Origin: the human T2T-CHM13v2.0 reference genome, Homo sapiens
Reading direction: 5' to 3' (one strand)
Assembly: GCF_009914755.1 (NCBI RefSeq)
Contig: NC_060933.1
DNA: 64,000 nt
Part shown: in pieces, positions 28,421 to 43,577 of the stretch
Position numbering within the stretch: position 1 is the stretch's first letter
Layout of the letters: every line of letters begins with the position of its first letter
The notes under the pieces: model-generated
The model's input: the letters and a program-made list of their open reading frames with translations, nothing else
Told to the model about the DNA's origin: nothing
Database searches by the model: none
Translations under genes and position numbers: made by a program

Positions 28421-28506
28421 TGAAAAACTGCAACCATGAAAGCTTTGTTGAAAACACTTTAATTTTAAAATTTCTGAACAGAGAAGATCTTTAAAGCATA
28501 GAACAG

Positions 28507-28641
28507 AGCCCGTCACGGTTGTTCACGCCTGTAATCCTAGCGACTTGGGAGGCTGAGGCGAGAGGATCGCTTGAGGCTAGCAGTTTGAGACCAGCCTGGG
28601 CAACATAAATAGACCGCTGTCTCTTAAAATAAAAATAAAAA
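28507..28641 (+). mobile_element. FLAM (Alu monomer)
   Basis: Single arm with 'gaggatcgcttgaggc' and A tail. Confidence 0.85.
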
Positions 28642-29049
28642 GGCATGTATACAACAAAGACAACTCGAAAGCCATCAAGGACATGATTGATTAACTTGAT
28701 AGCATAAAGTTTAAAGAAAATTTATCTGTGCACGTACCAGGACAAAGTCAAATGACAACAAATGGGTGTGGGGAACATCGGTGCAAATACATGTGTGATG
28801 ATAAGAATACTGATTTCACCATTACTTGTCATAACAAAAAATAAAGAAAACATAGCCATTCAGAAAAGCCAGGTTTAAAAAATTCTGGTACATCTATACA
28901 ATACCGTTAATTTATGTTTTGGTTTATTTCTTCAGGGCGGTAGACTTACATGTATTAACATGGAAAGATGTCCATGATGAAATAGTAAATGAAAATAGCA
29001 AATTCATGAGAATGCAAATTAGAATCATAGTGCGATACCATGAATGCCT

Positions 29050-30760
29050 TAGACAAAATAGTCTTCAAAAGTGAAGGAGAAATAAATACTTTTTTTTTTC
29101 CTTTCTGAGATGGAGACTCACTCTGTCACCCAGGCTGGGGTGCAGAGTGCAATGGCGTGATCTTGGCTGCACACACCACCACGCCCAGCTAATTTTTGTA
29201 TTTTTAGTAGAGGTGGGTTTTCACCATGTTGGCCAGGCCGGTCTTGAACTGCTGACCTCAAGTGATCCACCTGCCTTGGCCTCCCAAAGTGCTGGGATTA
29301 CAGCTGTGAGCTACCGTGCCTGGAAGAGACTTTTGTAGAAAACAAAAATTGAGGCAATTTGTTGCTGGTAGACCTGCATGCAAGAAATGTTGGAATAAGT
29401 TAAAAGAAGTTCTTAAGAGAAAAGTAAGACATTTGGATCTACATAAAGGAAGAATATAAAAAATGAATATATGAATGTGAAGTAAAAACTTTGCATTTTC
29501 TTATTTTCAATTGATATAGCAGCTAATAAATAATTTGTTCAAAATAATGATAGCAATAGTTATTAGATGTTTATAATTTATTGATAAGTGAAACGAATAA
29601 TAGCAATGATATAAACTATAGGAGGGAAGAGTTAGAAATATTTTGTTATTATAAAATACTTGCACTACTCATAAAGCAATACAGTATTACTTGAAAGTAG
29701 ACTTGTACTAATGGTAAATGTACATTGCAAAATCTAGGGCAACCAATAGAAAGGTTTTTTAACAGTAAAAAGAAAGGAAGAATTTACATGCTTAAATGGG
29801 AAAGAAAATGGAACCATATAAAATGCTCAATTAAAACCACAAAAGGCAGGAAAAGAGTGGAAGGCAAAAATAGGAAGAAAAAAAAGGACAACAAATAGAG
29901 AATAATAACAGACATGATAAATACCAATCTAACTGCATCTGTAATCACCTTTAATGTCAATGGTCTACACACACCAATTAAAGACTGAGTTCATCTGAGT
30001 TGATCCCCCACAAAAAAGACCCAACTATACATTGTTTAAAAGAAACTCACTTTAAATGCAAAGACATATAGATTTGAAGTAGGAAATGGAAAAAGATATA
30101 CAAGGTTAACAATAATTAAAATAAAGCTGAAACAGCTATATTAGTTTTCAGACAAAGTAGACTTCGGAGAGAAAAGATAATTCTGGATGAATATAGGCAC
30201 TGCTTGATAACAAAAAGTGAATTATCTGAGAAAATATAACAATTCTTAATGTGTGTGCACCTAACAAGAGTGTTAAAATATGTGAGGCAAAAAAACTGAT
30301 AGAACTGCAAGGATAAATAAAAGAATTCACAATCATAGTTGTAAACATCAACACCCTCTACCAGAAATGGAGAGATCCAATAGATAGAATATCAATAAAA
30401 TATGGTAGAACTAAACAGCATCATCAAAGAACTGGAAGTAATTCACATCTGTAGCCTACTTAGTGTAATGACAGCAGAATACATATTCTTTTCACTCTCA
30501 CATGGAGCATTCACCAAGATAGGCCACATTCTGGGCCATAAAGCCCACCTTAACACATTTCAAAGTATAAAAACCATGCCATACCTGCTCTCTGAAAACA
30601 CTGGAACCTATTATACAAACCAGTAATAGAATGATAACTGGGCAATCTCAAAATACTTGGATATTCAGAAATACACGTCTAAATAACATAAGGGTCAAGA
30701 AGAAATCTCAACAGAAATTAAAATAATTCTTTGAACTACATGAAAACAAAAATACAGCTA
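29050..30760 (+). mobile_element. Old L1 fragment containing an internally deleted AluS (29090-29323, minus)
   Basis: ORF2 endonuclease remnant AEYIFFSLSHGAFTKIGHILGHK. Confidence 0.8.
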
Positions 30761-31569
30761 ATGCCTCCAAGAGTTTCTCACTTCCCCTATGGGAAAGTCT
30801 GTATTTCCTACAGAGATCAGTCAAAGCTGGACAGGGAGCCTCCAGGAAGGGTCTCTGTCATGGCTACAGTTTTGTCTGGAGCACAGATGCATACAGCACT
30901 CCCGAAAACGTTTCTCTTTTCAAATTAGCTAGCTGAGACATTCCCTAACTAGTCATGGAGGCCAGGGAGGGCATCCCTTCCACCTGGTGGACTGAGTGGG
31001 GATTGGTCATAGGAGGCACCCTGCAAAATTGTATCTAAACCCCTCTCTGGAGGCCAGGACAAATCTGAATGGACCATGGAACTGGGGAGAGCCTGGATGG
31101 GAGCCAGTGGTCAGGAAGGCCTTGGGGGCTGCTCAGATGGGGCCAGGTATGAAGGCCTGAGAAGGGTACCTTGTTGCATGGGTCTGGTTGGCCCAATGAG
31201 TCTCCAAAAAGTTTCTTAAGACCCCTGGTTGGGGGGAGGACTGCATCTGGCTATAAAGTGAAGGCCCCAGGAATGGTTGGTGCCCTACTTTCCACTCCAG
31301 TCCAAAGCAGTGCCTGTCATCAGAGGCACCAGAAAATATGTTCTAAGTACTCCCTGTTTGTGGGCACCAGGTAAGGATGCCCAGTAAGGCCTGGGAAGGG
31401 CTTGTGAATCCAGTCACAGTTCTTCCTGGCCTTGTCTATGGCATGCAAATTCTTTAAATGTTTGCAAGTCCCTCTCTGGAGGAGCAGCAAAGGCCTGAGT
31501 GGCTGAGGAGACCTATTATTTTTATTTATATTATTTTATATGAAATTATTACTTATGTTATTTTTGTTA

Positions 31570-34500
31570 TTATAAAAAGATGTAAGGTGTGACATCAAAA
31601 ACATCAAACATGGGAGAAAAGGAAGTTAGAGTGAAAAGTTTGTGTATGCAATCAAAATTAACTGTTATCAGCTTAAATTAACCTGTTATAAGTATAACAT
31701 GTTTTATGTAAGCCACAGGGTAGTCACAAAGCAAAACCTGTAATGGATACACAAAAGATAAAAGGAAAAGAACCAAAACATACTACTACAGAGAGCCATG
31801 AAGCCACAAAAGAAGAAAGCAAGAGAGGAAGAAGGGACCAAAGGCTCTACAAAGCAACTAGAAAACTCTTTAACAATGGCAAGAGTAAGTTCATACGTGT
31901 CAATAATAACCTAGAATGTAAATGGATTAAATTCTGCAGTTAAAAGATACATAGTGGCTAAATGAGGTATTTTTTTAAAGACCCAGCTATATGCTGCCTA
32001 CAAAAGACTCACCTCACCCGTAAGGACACATGAAGATATTCCACGCAAATGGAAAGCAAAAGAAAGCAGCAGTAGTTGTAGTTTTATCAGATAAAATAGA
32101 CTTCACATTAGAAATCCTAAAAAGAGACAAAGGAGGTTATTATATAATGATAAAAAGATCCTCAATTCAGCAAGAAGGTATAACAATTATGAGTATACAC
32201 CCACCCAACACCAGAGCAAATAGTAGATCTAAAGGGAGAGACAGACTGCATTTCAATAATAGGAGACTTCAACACCCTACTTTCAGCACCGAACAGATCA
32301 TCCAAAGAGAAAATCAGCAAAGGAACATTGGAGTTAAACTACACTCTAGAGCAAATAAACCTAACTTTTACAGAAAATGTCATTCAACAGCGGGAGAACG
32401 TGTATATATTCTTCTCATGAGCACATGGAGCATTCTTCAGCATAGACCATATGTTAGGCCACAAAACAAGTCTCAACACATTTTTAAAAATTAAAATCAC
32501 ATCAAGTATCTTTTTTGACCACAATGGAATAAAACTAGAAATCAATAACAAGAGGAACTTTGGAAAATGCACCAATACAACATGATCCTGAACAACCAAT
32601 GGGCAAATAATGAAATTAAAAAGAATATTTAAGAATTTCTTAAAACAAATAAAAATAGAAACACAACATACCAAAATTTACGTTATATGTCAAAAGCAGT
32701 AGCAGTACTAAGAGGGGTAGTTTATAGAAATAAATGCCTATATAAAAAGGTAGAAATATTTCAAATATAATGATGCACCTCATGAAACTAGAAAAGCAAG
32801 AATAAATCAAACCCAAAATTACAGGAAGAAGAAATACCAAAGATCACAACAAAAATAAATAAAATTGAGACTAAAAATATGAAAGATCAACCAAATGAAA
32901 ATATTGTTTTGAAAAGGTAGACAAAATCAACAAATCTTTAGGTAGACTAATGAAAAGAAAAACTCAATGGAATAGAATCAGAGATAAAAAGGAGATATTA
33001 CAACTGATAAAACAGAAATACAAAAGATCATTACAGACCATTATGAACAATTTACATCAACAAATTGAAAACTTATAAAATAGATATATTCTTGGACACA
33101 TATAACCTACCAAGATTGAACCATGAAGAAACAGGAAACCTGAATAGAACAATAATGAATAATGTGATTGAATCAGTAATAAAAAGTCTAACAAAGAAAA
33201 GTCTAGGACCATATGGCTTTACAGATGAATCCTACCTAACTTTTAAAGATAAGCTAATGCCAATTATTCTCAAACTGTTTTGAAAAATCAAAGGGGAGAG
33301 AATGCTTCCAAATCTTTTTTAAGGCCAGCATTACCCTGATACCAAAACCAGACAAGGACACAACAAAAGAAAACTATAGGCCAATATTTTTAATGAGCAT
33401 AAATGCAAAACTCTTCTAAAAAAAAACCCTAGAAAACAAAATCCAACAGCACAGAAAAAAGATTATACACCATGATCAGGTGGTATTTTCCCCCAGGGAT
33501 GCAAGGATGCTTCAACCTACAAATATCAATAAATGTGATACATCACATACATCACATCAAGAGAATAAAGAACAAAACCTTGTGATTATCTCAATAGACA
33601 CAGAAGTAGTATTTGATAAAATTCAACTCCTCTTTGTGATTAAAAAAAAACCCTCTCAACAAATTAGGTATAAAAAGAACATACCTTAAAACATTAATGT
33701 TCGTATATGATAAACCCACAGTTAACATCGTACTGAATAGGGAAAAGTTGAAAGCCTTTTCTCTAACATAGAACAAGACAAAGATATTCACTTTCCCTAA
33801 GATCCTTCCTCTAAGATCTAGAACAAGACAAGGATATTTACTTTCACCACTTTTATTGAAAAATGGTCAATCACATCGTTTTCTTTTATTGAAAAGTGGT
33901 GAAAGAGTCCTAGACAGAGCTATTAAAAAAGAAATAAAGAGCATTGGAAAAGAGGAAGTCAAATTGTCACTGTTTGCAAATGACATGATCTTATATTTAG
34001 GATAACCTAAAGACTTCACTAAAAAGCTGTTACAACTGGTTAACTATTTCAGCAAAGTGGCAGAATACAAAATCAACATACAAAAACCAGTAGCGTTTCT
34101 ATATGCCAATAGTGAACAATCTGAAAATCAAGGAAGCAATCCCATTCACCTTAGCTACACAAATATAAAATGCCTAGGAGTAAATTTAACCAAAGAGGTA
34201 AAAGATCTGTACAATAAAAACTGTAAAACACTGATAAAAGAAATTGAAGAGGTAACAAAAAATAAAAAAACTCATATTCATGATTAGAAAAATTAATATT
34301 GTTAAAATGTCCATACTACCCAATGTTAACTATAGACTCAAGACAATTCCTATCAAGTGACATTCTTCATAGATATAGAAAAAGCAAGCCTAAAATTCAT
34401 GTGAAATCACAAAAAAGCCTGAATATACAAAGCAACCCTGAACAAAAAGAACAAAGCTGGAGACATCACACTATCTGACTTCAAAATATACTACAAAGCT

Positions 34501-36060
34501 GCAGTGATAAAAAATAAAAAGCATGTTTATGGCATAAAAACAGACATATACACCAAAGGAACGAAATAGAGAACACAGAAACAAATCCATGTATTTATAG
34601 CCAACTGATTTTCATCAAAGGCCATAAGAACATACACTGGAGAAACAACAGTATCTTTAATAAATGGTGCTGGGAAAACTGAGTAACCATATGCAGAAGA
34701 GTGGAACTTGACCCTGATCTCTCACCATATACAAAAATCAACTCAAAATGGATTACAGAGTTAAATGTAAGCCTCAAAACTGTGAACCTACTAGAACAAA
34801 ACTTAGGTAAAATCCTTCAGGACATTGGTCCGAGCAAAGATTTATTGAGTAAGACCTCAAAAGCACAGGAAACCACAGCAAAAATTGACAAATGGGATTA
34901 CATCGAGTGAAAAAGCTTCTGCACAGGAAAGGAAAAAATCAACAGTGTGAAGAGACAACCTACAGAATGGGAGAAAATATTTGCAAAGTATTCATCTGAT
35001 AAGGGATTAATAATCAGAATACACCATGATGCTCAAACAACTCAATAGCAAAAAAAAAAACAACAACAAATACTCTGATTTTGAAAGGGGCAAAAGATCT
35101 GAATAGACATATTTCTCAAAAGAAGAAAATCAAATGGCCAACACATAAATGAAAAAATGCTCAACATGATTGATGATCACAGAAATGCAAATCAAAATCA
35201 CAATGAGATATCCTTGCACCCCAGTTAAAGTGGCTATTATCAAAAAGACAGAAAATGACAAATGATAAGGAGGATGTGGAGAAAGGGAAGTACTCATACA
35301 CTGCTGGTAGGAATGTAAATTCGTACAGCTACTGGAAATCGCCACACTGAAAAGCACTGTGGAGATTTGTCAATAAAACTAACCATAGAACTACCATATG
35401 ATCCAGCAATCCCACTAGTTGGTATATGGCCAAAAGATAAGAACTCAGTGTATCAGAGAGATATCTACATTCCCATGTTTATTGCAGCAGCACTATTCAC
35501 AATAGCCAAAATATGGAATCAACCTAAGTATCCATCAATGAATGAATGGGTAAAGGAAATGTGGTATATATACACAATGGAATATTATTCAGCCAGAAGA
35601 AAGAATGAAATTCTGTCATTTGTAACAACATAGATGGAATTGGAGGACATTATGTTAAGTGAAATAAGCCAGATGCAGAAAGACAAATATCATGATTTTA
35701 CTCATATGTGTGGGCTAAAAAAATGAGAGGTAGTGAACAGAATGGTGTTTAGCAAAAACTGGGAAGGGTAGTGGGAGGAGGGCTTGAAAAGGGGTTGGTT
35801 AATGGATATAAAATACAGTTAGATAGATAGAAGGAGTAAGATCTAGTGTTTGGTAGCACAATAGGGCAACTATAGTTAACAGTAATTTATTTTGTATTTC
35901 ACAACGTTCTCAACACAAGAAAACAATAAATGTTTGAGGTAATGAATATCCCAGTTACCCATATCTGATCATTACACACTGTATGCTTGTATCAAAATAT
36001 CACAGGTACTCTATAAATATGTACAACTGTTATGTTTTCATAAAAATTAAAAATAAAAAC
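31570..36060 (+). mobile_element. ~4.5-kb L1MA-type element: complete but disrupted ORF2 plus 3' UTR
   Basis: Colinear ORF2 fragments ([61 protein letters not shown]), then L1MA 3' end and A-rich tail. Confidence 0.93.
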
Positions 36061-36239
36061 TAAACTATTAATTGTTCTACTTTGTGGACATAAAATATCT
36101 TTCCATTTATTTGTGTTTTCTTCCATTTTCTTTCATCAGTGTTTTATAGTTTTCAGTGTACAGTTTTTCACCTCCTTGGTTAAATTTACGCCTAAGTATT
36201 TTATAAGTTTTTTGTTGCTATTGTAATTGGATTGCATTC

Positions 36240-36472
36240 TTTTTTTTTTTTCTGCCTCCCAGGTTCAAGCGATTCTCCTGCTTCAGGCTCCCGAGTAGCT
36301 GGGATTACAGGCACCCGCCATCATGCCCGGCTAATTTTTTTTGTATTTTTTAGTAGAGACAGGGTTTTACCATGTTGATCAGGCTGGTCACTCTAATTCC
36401 TGACTTCAGGTGATCTGCCCACCTCGGTTTCCCAAAGTGCTGGGATTACAGGCGTGACTGCCGCGCCCAGCC
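36240..36472 (-). mobile_element. AluS with part of the right arm deleted, inside an L1 fragment
   Basis: Poly(T) abuts ctgcctcccaggttcaagc; TSD ggattg(c/t)attctt. Confidence 0.88.
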
Positions 36473-37196
36473 GGGATTGTATTCTTAATTTCCATTTTGA
36501 ATAACTCACTATCAGTTTACAGAAATGGTAAATCACCCTTTGTGGATAAAGCATGGGTACTCAGCAATTAGGAATAAACCCTTCAGCTAATGTCTAAGTT
36601 GCTTTCATTGTTACTTTATCTGTTTGATTTCTTGTCTAAAGTTTGATAATGGCAACTAACCCATTTTTAAGAGAAATTAAAATGGATAACATGCATGTGA
36701 TATTCTGTGAAAATTGCATGACTTCTTTTAATTAATTTAAGGAAACTATAGATGTGTAGTTAGGGCTTTAAACCAAACTGGTGCAATTTATTTTCTGCTA
36801 AATTACAAAGTTATTTGATTGAATTGACAAGTAATATTGCTTTGTTTTATTTTTAATTCATTACTGTGCAAATTCACATTTGGGGAATGTAAGATTATAT
36901 AGGAAACCTTGAACCACCTTTAAATAACTATATTTTTATTTATTAAGCCACAAACAGTTTAGTTATGTTGTTATGAGCAAATATATTTACTATTTTTTCT
37001 CTGCAATAGGAATAGAGATTTCTTTTGCTCTTCTATCTCAACTGAAAAGGATATGTTTTCTGGATCACTGCCATTAGCTCCTTCCATAGTATTTAATAAA
37101 TAAATGCATTTCATAGTGTTAGGCTTGTATAAATACACTACTAAATTTTCTTCACTATAAATGAACTTGAGCAACTCTCATATCTACAATTTCTAG

Positions 37197-37401
37197 CACC
37201 AGGAAAGTGACATTTTCCTTTAAGATGAGGAATAGGCCTTTTGAGGTCATGGTGGAGTCATATACTCCCTTTTATGACAATTATTAGCACCATGTGAGGG
37301 CAGAGAGGAATGTAAAAAAAGTATCATTTCAAGTTAATAAGCTACAACCTGCCACCACTGATGGCATGTCCACTTACAGCTCACGAGCCAGCTCTTCATC
37401 A
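37197..37401 (+). pseudogene. CNTNAP3-like pseudo-exon 1 (laminin-G domain)
   Basis: Reads [63 protein letters not shown] versus CNTNAP3 [65 protein letters not shown]. Acceptor ttctag intact; donor mutated to ataagt; stop and frameshifts. Confidence 0.9.
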
Positions 37402-37469
37402 ATAAGTGCTGCTTTGCAGTGGTTTGTAATTGAATTGTATGATGTAAATGTGGAGACAGCCAATCATGA

Positions 37470-38592
37470 TGTTACAGGATCTTTGGGGTTTTGATTTTCT
37501 TGCCCAGAAACCTCTGTGGACAGTGGCATCTTTGCCTGAGTTCTTGTCCTGCATCCAGGAGAAATGAGGTATGCAGACAAAGGAAGGGCGAAGAAGATTA
37601 AGAGGAGTTTTATTTAGTGTTAGAACAGCTCAGAGAAGACGCACAGTGGGTAGCTCCTCTCTGCAGGCAGGTCGTCCGGTGGAGTGTTCAGCTTTCAGCA
37701 GAGAGGAGGCCCTGGCGAGTGTGGCTCCTCTCTGCAGGCTGGTCATTTGGAGGTCTCTGCAGGTCTCTGAAGCTCTCAGTAGAGGGGAGAGTTCGTCTCT
37801 GCAGCTGGTCGTCCCATCGTCTCTCTGTCCTCTGCCCTCTCTGGTAGAGCCCAGGGCTTTTATGGACCTCAGAGGGGAGGAAGTACCTGCCAATTGGTCC
37901 ATGAGCAGCCATTGGTGGCCCAGAGGAGGGACAGATCCCCAGTCCTGTCCACAGGATTGGCAGTCTGGCTCCCAGCCTTCAGGCCCTCCCCGGCTTGAAG
38001 GTGGGGCTTTACTGGGGACCCATCCGCTTCTGCCCAGGACTCTCCCTCCCCCTGCCATTCAAGGCCCCAGGGCTTGACCAACCCTGTTGGGAGATTAAAG
38101 CGGGTGCCAGAAGAGGAGAGAGGCCAGGCAGTGAGAGCAGACATCCCAGAGCCAGCAGGGGGTGGCAGGTGCAGGCTGCCAAGATGCCAGGGTCCTGCGC
38201 CTGAGACGGTGGCCTCAGTTGCACCCAGGGAGCTCCCACCCAGCCAACTCAGAAGGGGCGGGGCTTCTGCTTGTCTCCGTCTCCTTCCTGCTCCATGGAG
38301 CCGGAAGCCCAGGTCTGCAGCAGTGGGTTGGGTGGCTGCAGCTGTACCCAGGAGGGCAGATCCTGTCGGTTCCCAGCCCCCTCCAAGAGCACAGGGAAGC
38401 TTGGATCCACAGCTGCAGTTTGGGCTGGGCTACAGCCTGCTCCATAGAGCAGGAGGCCTGGGTCTGCAGCCACACCAGGGAACTCATACCCCAACTCAGA
38501 AGGGGTGGGGCTCCCACCAGCTTCATGGAGTATGCAGGCCCAGCCATGCCTCCCTGCTGTCGCCTGCATGATGGCTGCAGCTGCTGCCATCA
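37470..38592 (-). mobile_element. MER52-family LTR (C/D-like) in the pseudogene intron
   Basis: tgttacaggatctttgggg ... gctgctgccatca; TSD atga (37466-37469, 38593-38596). Confidence 0.8.
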
Positions 38593-38596
38593 ATGA

Positions 38597-40060
<1,464 letters not shown>

Positions 40061-40524
40061 TTGAACAAAAATTAACTACTGAACTACTAAATATGTGTAT
40101 CACTCTAGGAAATGAAAGACACCTCTTCAACTGCTTTTGTGTCTTGACTTTTTTCCCAAAGGAAGACCTATATTTTGCTTCATTTCTTTCTACTCTACAT
40201 TTCTTTTTACTCTGCTTGCATTTAGTTTAAAAAAAAAGCTCTCTGTTGGTGATTTCTAATCTATTTTAAAGTAAATAATTGTACTGTCCAATTAGAGACT
40301 GAGATAACTCATGAATTATCACACAGGTTGTTCTCCTGTACAATATATATGATTTTGAGTACTAATATTACACAGTGAATTCAGAATTGTGTGTCTGCAT
40401 ATACATACCATAGTCTTATAAATAACTTCAACTTGCAATAATTAACTTGCAGTTAATTCTTACAGTAGTATGAGTTTGGGCCTCTTAAAAAAAGAACTAA
40501 AACCAACTCCCTGCCTGAGAATAG

Positions 40525-40527
<3 letters not shown>

Positions 40528-40563
<36 letters not shown>
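40528..40563. repeat. (CA)n microsatellite
   Basis: Directly visible. Confidence 0.95.
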
Positions 40564-40566
<3 letters not shown>

Positions 40567-40719
40567 CAAATTGAATAATCTTGTTTTCTCACTTACAATT
40601 GTGGGCATTCATTTATGGAGTTCTTGGCAGCTATGTTAGCATAAAACCCCACCTATAATTATCATTCATATTAGGATAATATTTCACAAATGTGGTCAGT
40701 ATTGTCTTCCACAACATTA

Positions 40720-40975
40720 CAGTTAGTTGGTGGAATAAGTTCTAGTGTTGTACAGCACTATAGGGTAACCACAGTAAACAACAGTGTATTGTCTTTTTTT
40801 TCAGATAGCTGGGAGAGAGGGTTTTTCATGTTACCAACACAAAGAAATGATAAAGGTTTGAGGTGATGGACATGCTAATTACCCCGATTTGATCATTATG
40901 CATTGTATACATCTACTGAAATATCCCACTGTACCCCATAAATATGTACAATTATTATGTGTCAAGTAAAATATG
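40720..40975 (+). mobile_element. L1MA 3' end fragment
   Basis: 'gaataagttctagtgttgtacagcactataggg..gaggtgatggacatgctaattacccc'. Confidence 0.8.
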
Positions 40976-41178
40976 AATATATATAGTAAATAAATAAAGT
41001 AATTTGCCATTACTTAACATTTCATTAAATGTATGTTTCCAAAATTATATTTGTTCTTGAGACCTTTTGAGTGATCACAGTTTCTGCTATTCTCCATAAG
41101 GCCTCAGTTTGACAGGGTGATGAAATCTTGAATAAAACACAAAGGAATGTGTCTGTATTTGCAGTGCTTCCCTTGCAG

Positions 41179-41414
41179 GTGAAATGGCCAGCAGACCCAG
41201 GCTTTCTGGAATGCATTCATTTTCTGCAGTTGAAAGGGACGAACCCGGATCTGAAAGAAAGAGCCACAGTGACTCCAAGAGTGGAGCAAGGGCATGCTGG
41301 ACACTGCATAGCTATGGCCACATGTGTCACCTCCGAGGGAGATGTGAGAGAAACGCAGAGGGATCGCTTGTGACTGTGCCTTCTCGATGTATGTTGGACT
41401 GTTCTGCTCAAATA
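41179..41414 (+). pseudogene. CNTNAP3-like pseudo-exon 2 (end of LamG plus EGF-like domain)
   Basis: GFLECIHFLQLKGTNPDLKERATVTPRVEQGHAGHC/SYGHMCHLRGRC/EKRRGIACDCAFSMYVGLFCSN versus CNTNAP3 [72 protein letters not shown]. Intact ttgcag| and |gtaagt; three frameshifts. Confidence 0.92.
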
Positions 41415-42265
41415 GTAAGTGTGACCAAGGAGCCGGTGAACATAGGAAACAAAGAATATTTCATTTGATATTATAAGGAATGCGACAATTCTAGTCACTT
41501 GAAAGTGAACTATATCTGTTGAGAATTCCTAGTTTTAATTGGGAAGAAATGTGCTTCTCTTCTTGAAAAGCCCCAGGTTATTGCTTTTATGTCTAGTATC
41601 AGTCCTCTCTGGATTTCTCAAAAGATTTTCTGTATATCCTACCATTTTCCTTCTGTTGCTGCAGTTTGGAAGTAGTTTGTTATCAGGATTATCAAAGCAT
41701 CATTGCTATTTATGACAATGACTTTAAGAAATGCAAGAATATTTGGAACACTGTAGAAAAAATATTTTAGCCTGGAAGGCAAATACTAATTTCAGGAACT
41801 ATTGATCTGTTATAAAACAGGACCACTCAGACATTTAGCTCTAAGACTTTTGCATATCTGTTGTTAGAGGCGTATAGTGGGGGGCATGACTCAGCTTCTG
41901 CTTAAGTACAAGTTGTTGTCTGCAGCGAAGGAAGAATTTGATTGTAGTATCAACAGAACCAGACAGAACTCTTTGAATATAATTATATATCTTGGAAACT
42001 GACTCATCAAAGCTATTAGATTACATAGCATCATTTAAGCATCATTGGGCTCTGTACTTTTCATTATCTGTACTTTTCATTATGGAGTAAAATAGGCTTT
42101 ATTTGGTACAGAAATTGGGTCTAAGATGGAAACAACTTGTGATTTTTGAATAAACTTTTGGGGATTAATTACTTTGATGTTGTCAAGATAGCAGCATAGT
42201 AAGTCCTCTGCCTTTCCTCTTGATTTATTTATAATTTAGAATCAGTTTATGATTTTAAAAAATGT

Positions 42266-42395
42266 GACAGACACAGTGGCATGCACCAGTAGTACCAGCT
42301 ACATGGGAAACTGAGGCAGAAGGATCACTTGATCCCAGAAGATAGAGACCACCCTGGGCAACATAGTGAGAGCCCCATCTCAAAAAAAGAAAAAA
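42266..42395 (+). mobile_element. FLAM/AluJ monomer
   Basis: Single degenerate arm with A tail. Confidence 0.75.
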
Positions 42396-42686
42396 TCAAT
42401 TCCCAATACCATTCCAGAACACTTTTAATATAACCAGATGAAATTGTGATCACTACTTTACTGTAATGTTTAAAATGGTCCTCAGTCCATATTTAAGTAC
42501 AATCTTAGTGTTTCTGTGCAACCTAATATATTAGAAACAAAAATTGTATTGCATTTGAATAGGAAATAACTCTGAATTGAGGGTTATTTCTTTTAACAGT
42601 TGCAATTAGATTGGTTAGTGACAATTATCTGTAATTTTCAGGCAATGCCTAGGCAAGTGCCCAGGCACAGTAGCCTCCTCCTTGCC

Positions 42687-42689
<3 letters not shown>

Positions 42690-42720
<31 letters not shown>
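42690..42720. repeat. (TG)n microsatellite
   Basis: Directly visible. Confidence 0.95.
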
Positions 42721-42721
<1 letters not shown>

Positions 42722-43394
42722 AGGGTGGTAACATTTCTGGGAATTTGTCTTAACATAAAATGATACCACCTTTCACAAAACGACCTAGAGGAAGTTGGAA
42801 ATCCCACTATCCTGGCTTCCTGCTGAGCAATATCTGCTTCTCTTTCTGACTCAGGCTGATGCATCTGTATACTTAGCTTCACTTCTCCAGTAAATAAGGG
42901 AGAGCTTTATTATAAAAGACAACTTCTATTGATTTTCAAGGGGGTGGATGGTTGTCAAGCTCACTCCTTTCTATGCACTGAGGGAAAATTATTGTAAGCG
43001 ATCTGTAAAACAATAGATGAAAAAAGAGGAGATAAAAATTAAATAAAATTTAAATAAAAACTAGGATCCTAAGTGGAAAAATAGCTTTAAATTAGAAATT
43101 AATACCAAAAAATAATGATATGTAATCTAAGGTGAAAATATTTTGAAGACTATCAGGATATCTCCCTTAAATGTTATTTAGTTCTGAAAAATATGTATTG
43201 AAGAACTGTTATATTTTACTTTACGTCATATTAAGTGTGCTAAAATTAAAGAGAAACAAGTAGATAAAAGTAAAGATTGTATTATTATTTTATCACCCAG
43301 GTTATTTCAAGACTGGAGACATTCTTTAAATAAACCTAAATTATGACTCCTTGCACTTAAGTTTTGCTAACATAAAAAGTATGTATGATTTCAG

Positions 43395-43577
43395 AGATTT
43401 CTGCATATTTTGGAATGAGCTCTTCAGTTGCTTGTAATTTCCAAGAAGATTACCCATTTTACCCCTTAACTAAAACCCCTGTTCCTTTACTGCCTTGCTG
43501 CTTCACTTCATGGGGATATGTCACTGACCAGAGAAACGATCACATTGAATTTCTGAGCCACGCTATTTTGTATGGCT
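43395..43577 (+). pseudogene. CNTNAP3/4-like pseudo-exon 3 (3' truncated)
   Basis: tttcag| then EISAYFGMSSSVACNFQEDY ... LHGDMSLTRETITLNF*, matching the next CNTNAP3/4 exon (EISAYF..FQE.Y..LH.D..LTREMITLSFRTT). Confidence 0.85.

Noticed and set aside
27430-28457. ORFs up to 187 aa in the second CpG island
   Set aside because: No recognisable domain; open in most frames because of GC content.
36971-37174. Minus-strand 67-aa ORF
   Set aside because: Antisense to the intron preceding the CNTNAP3-like exon; no recognisable homology.
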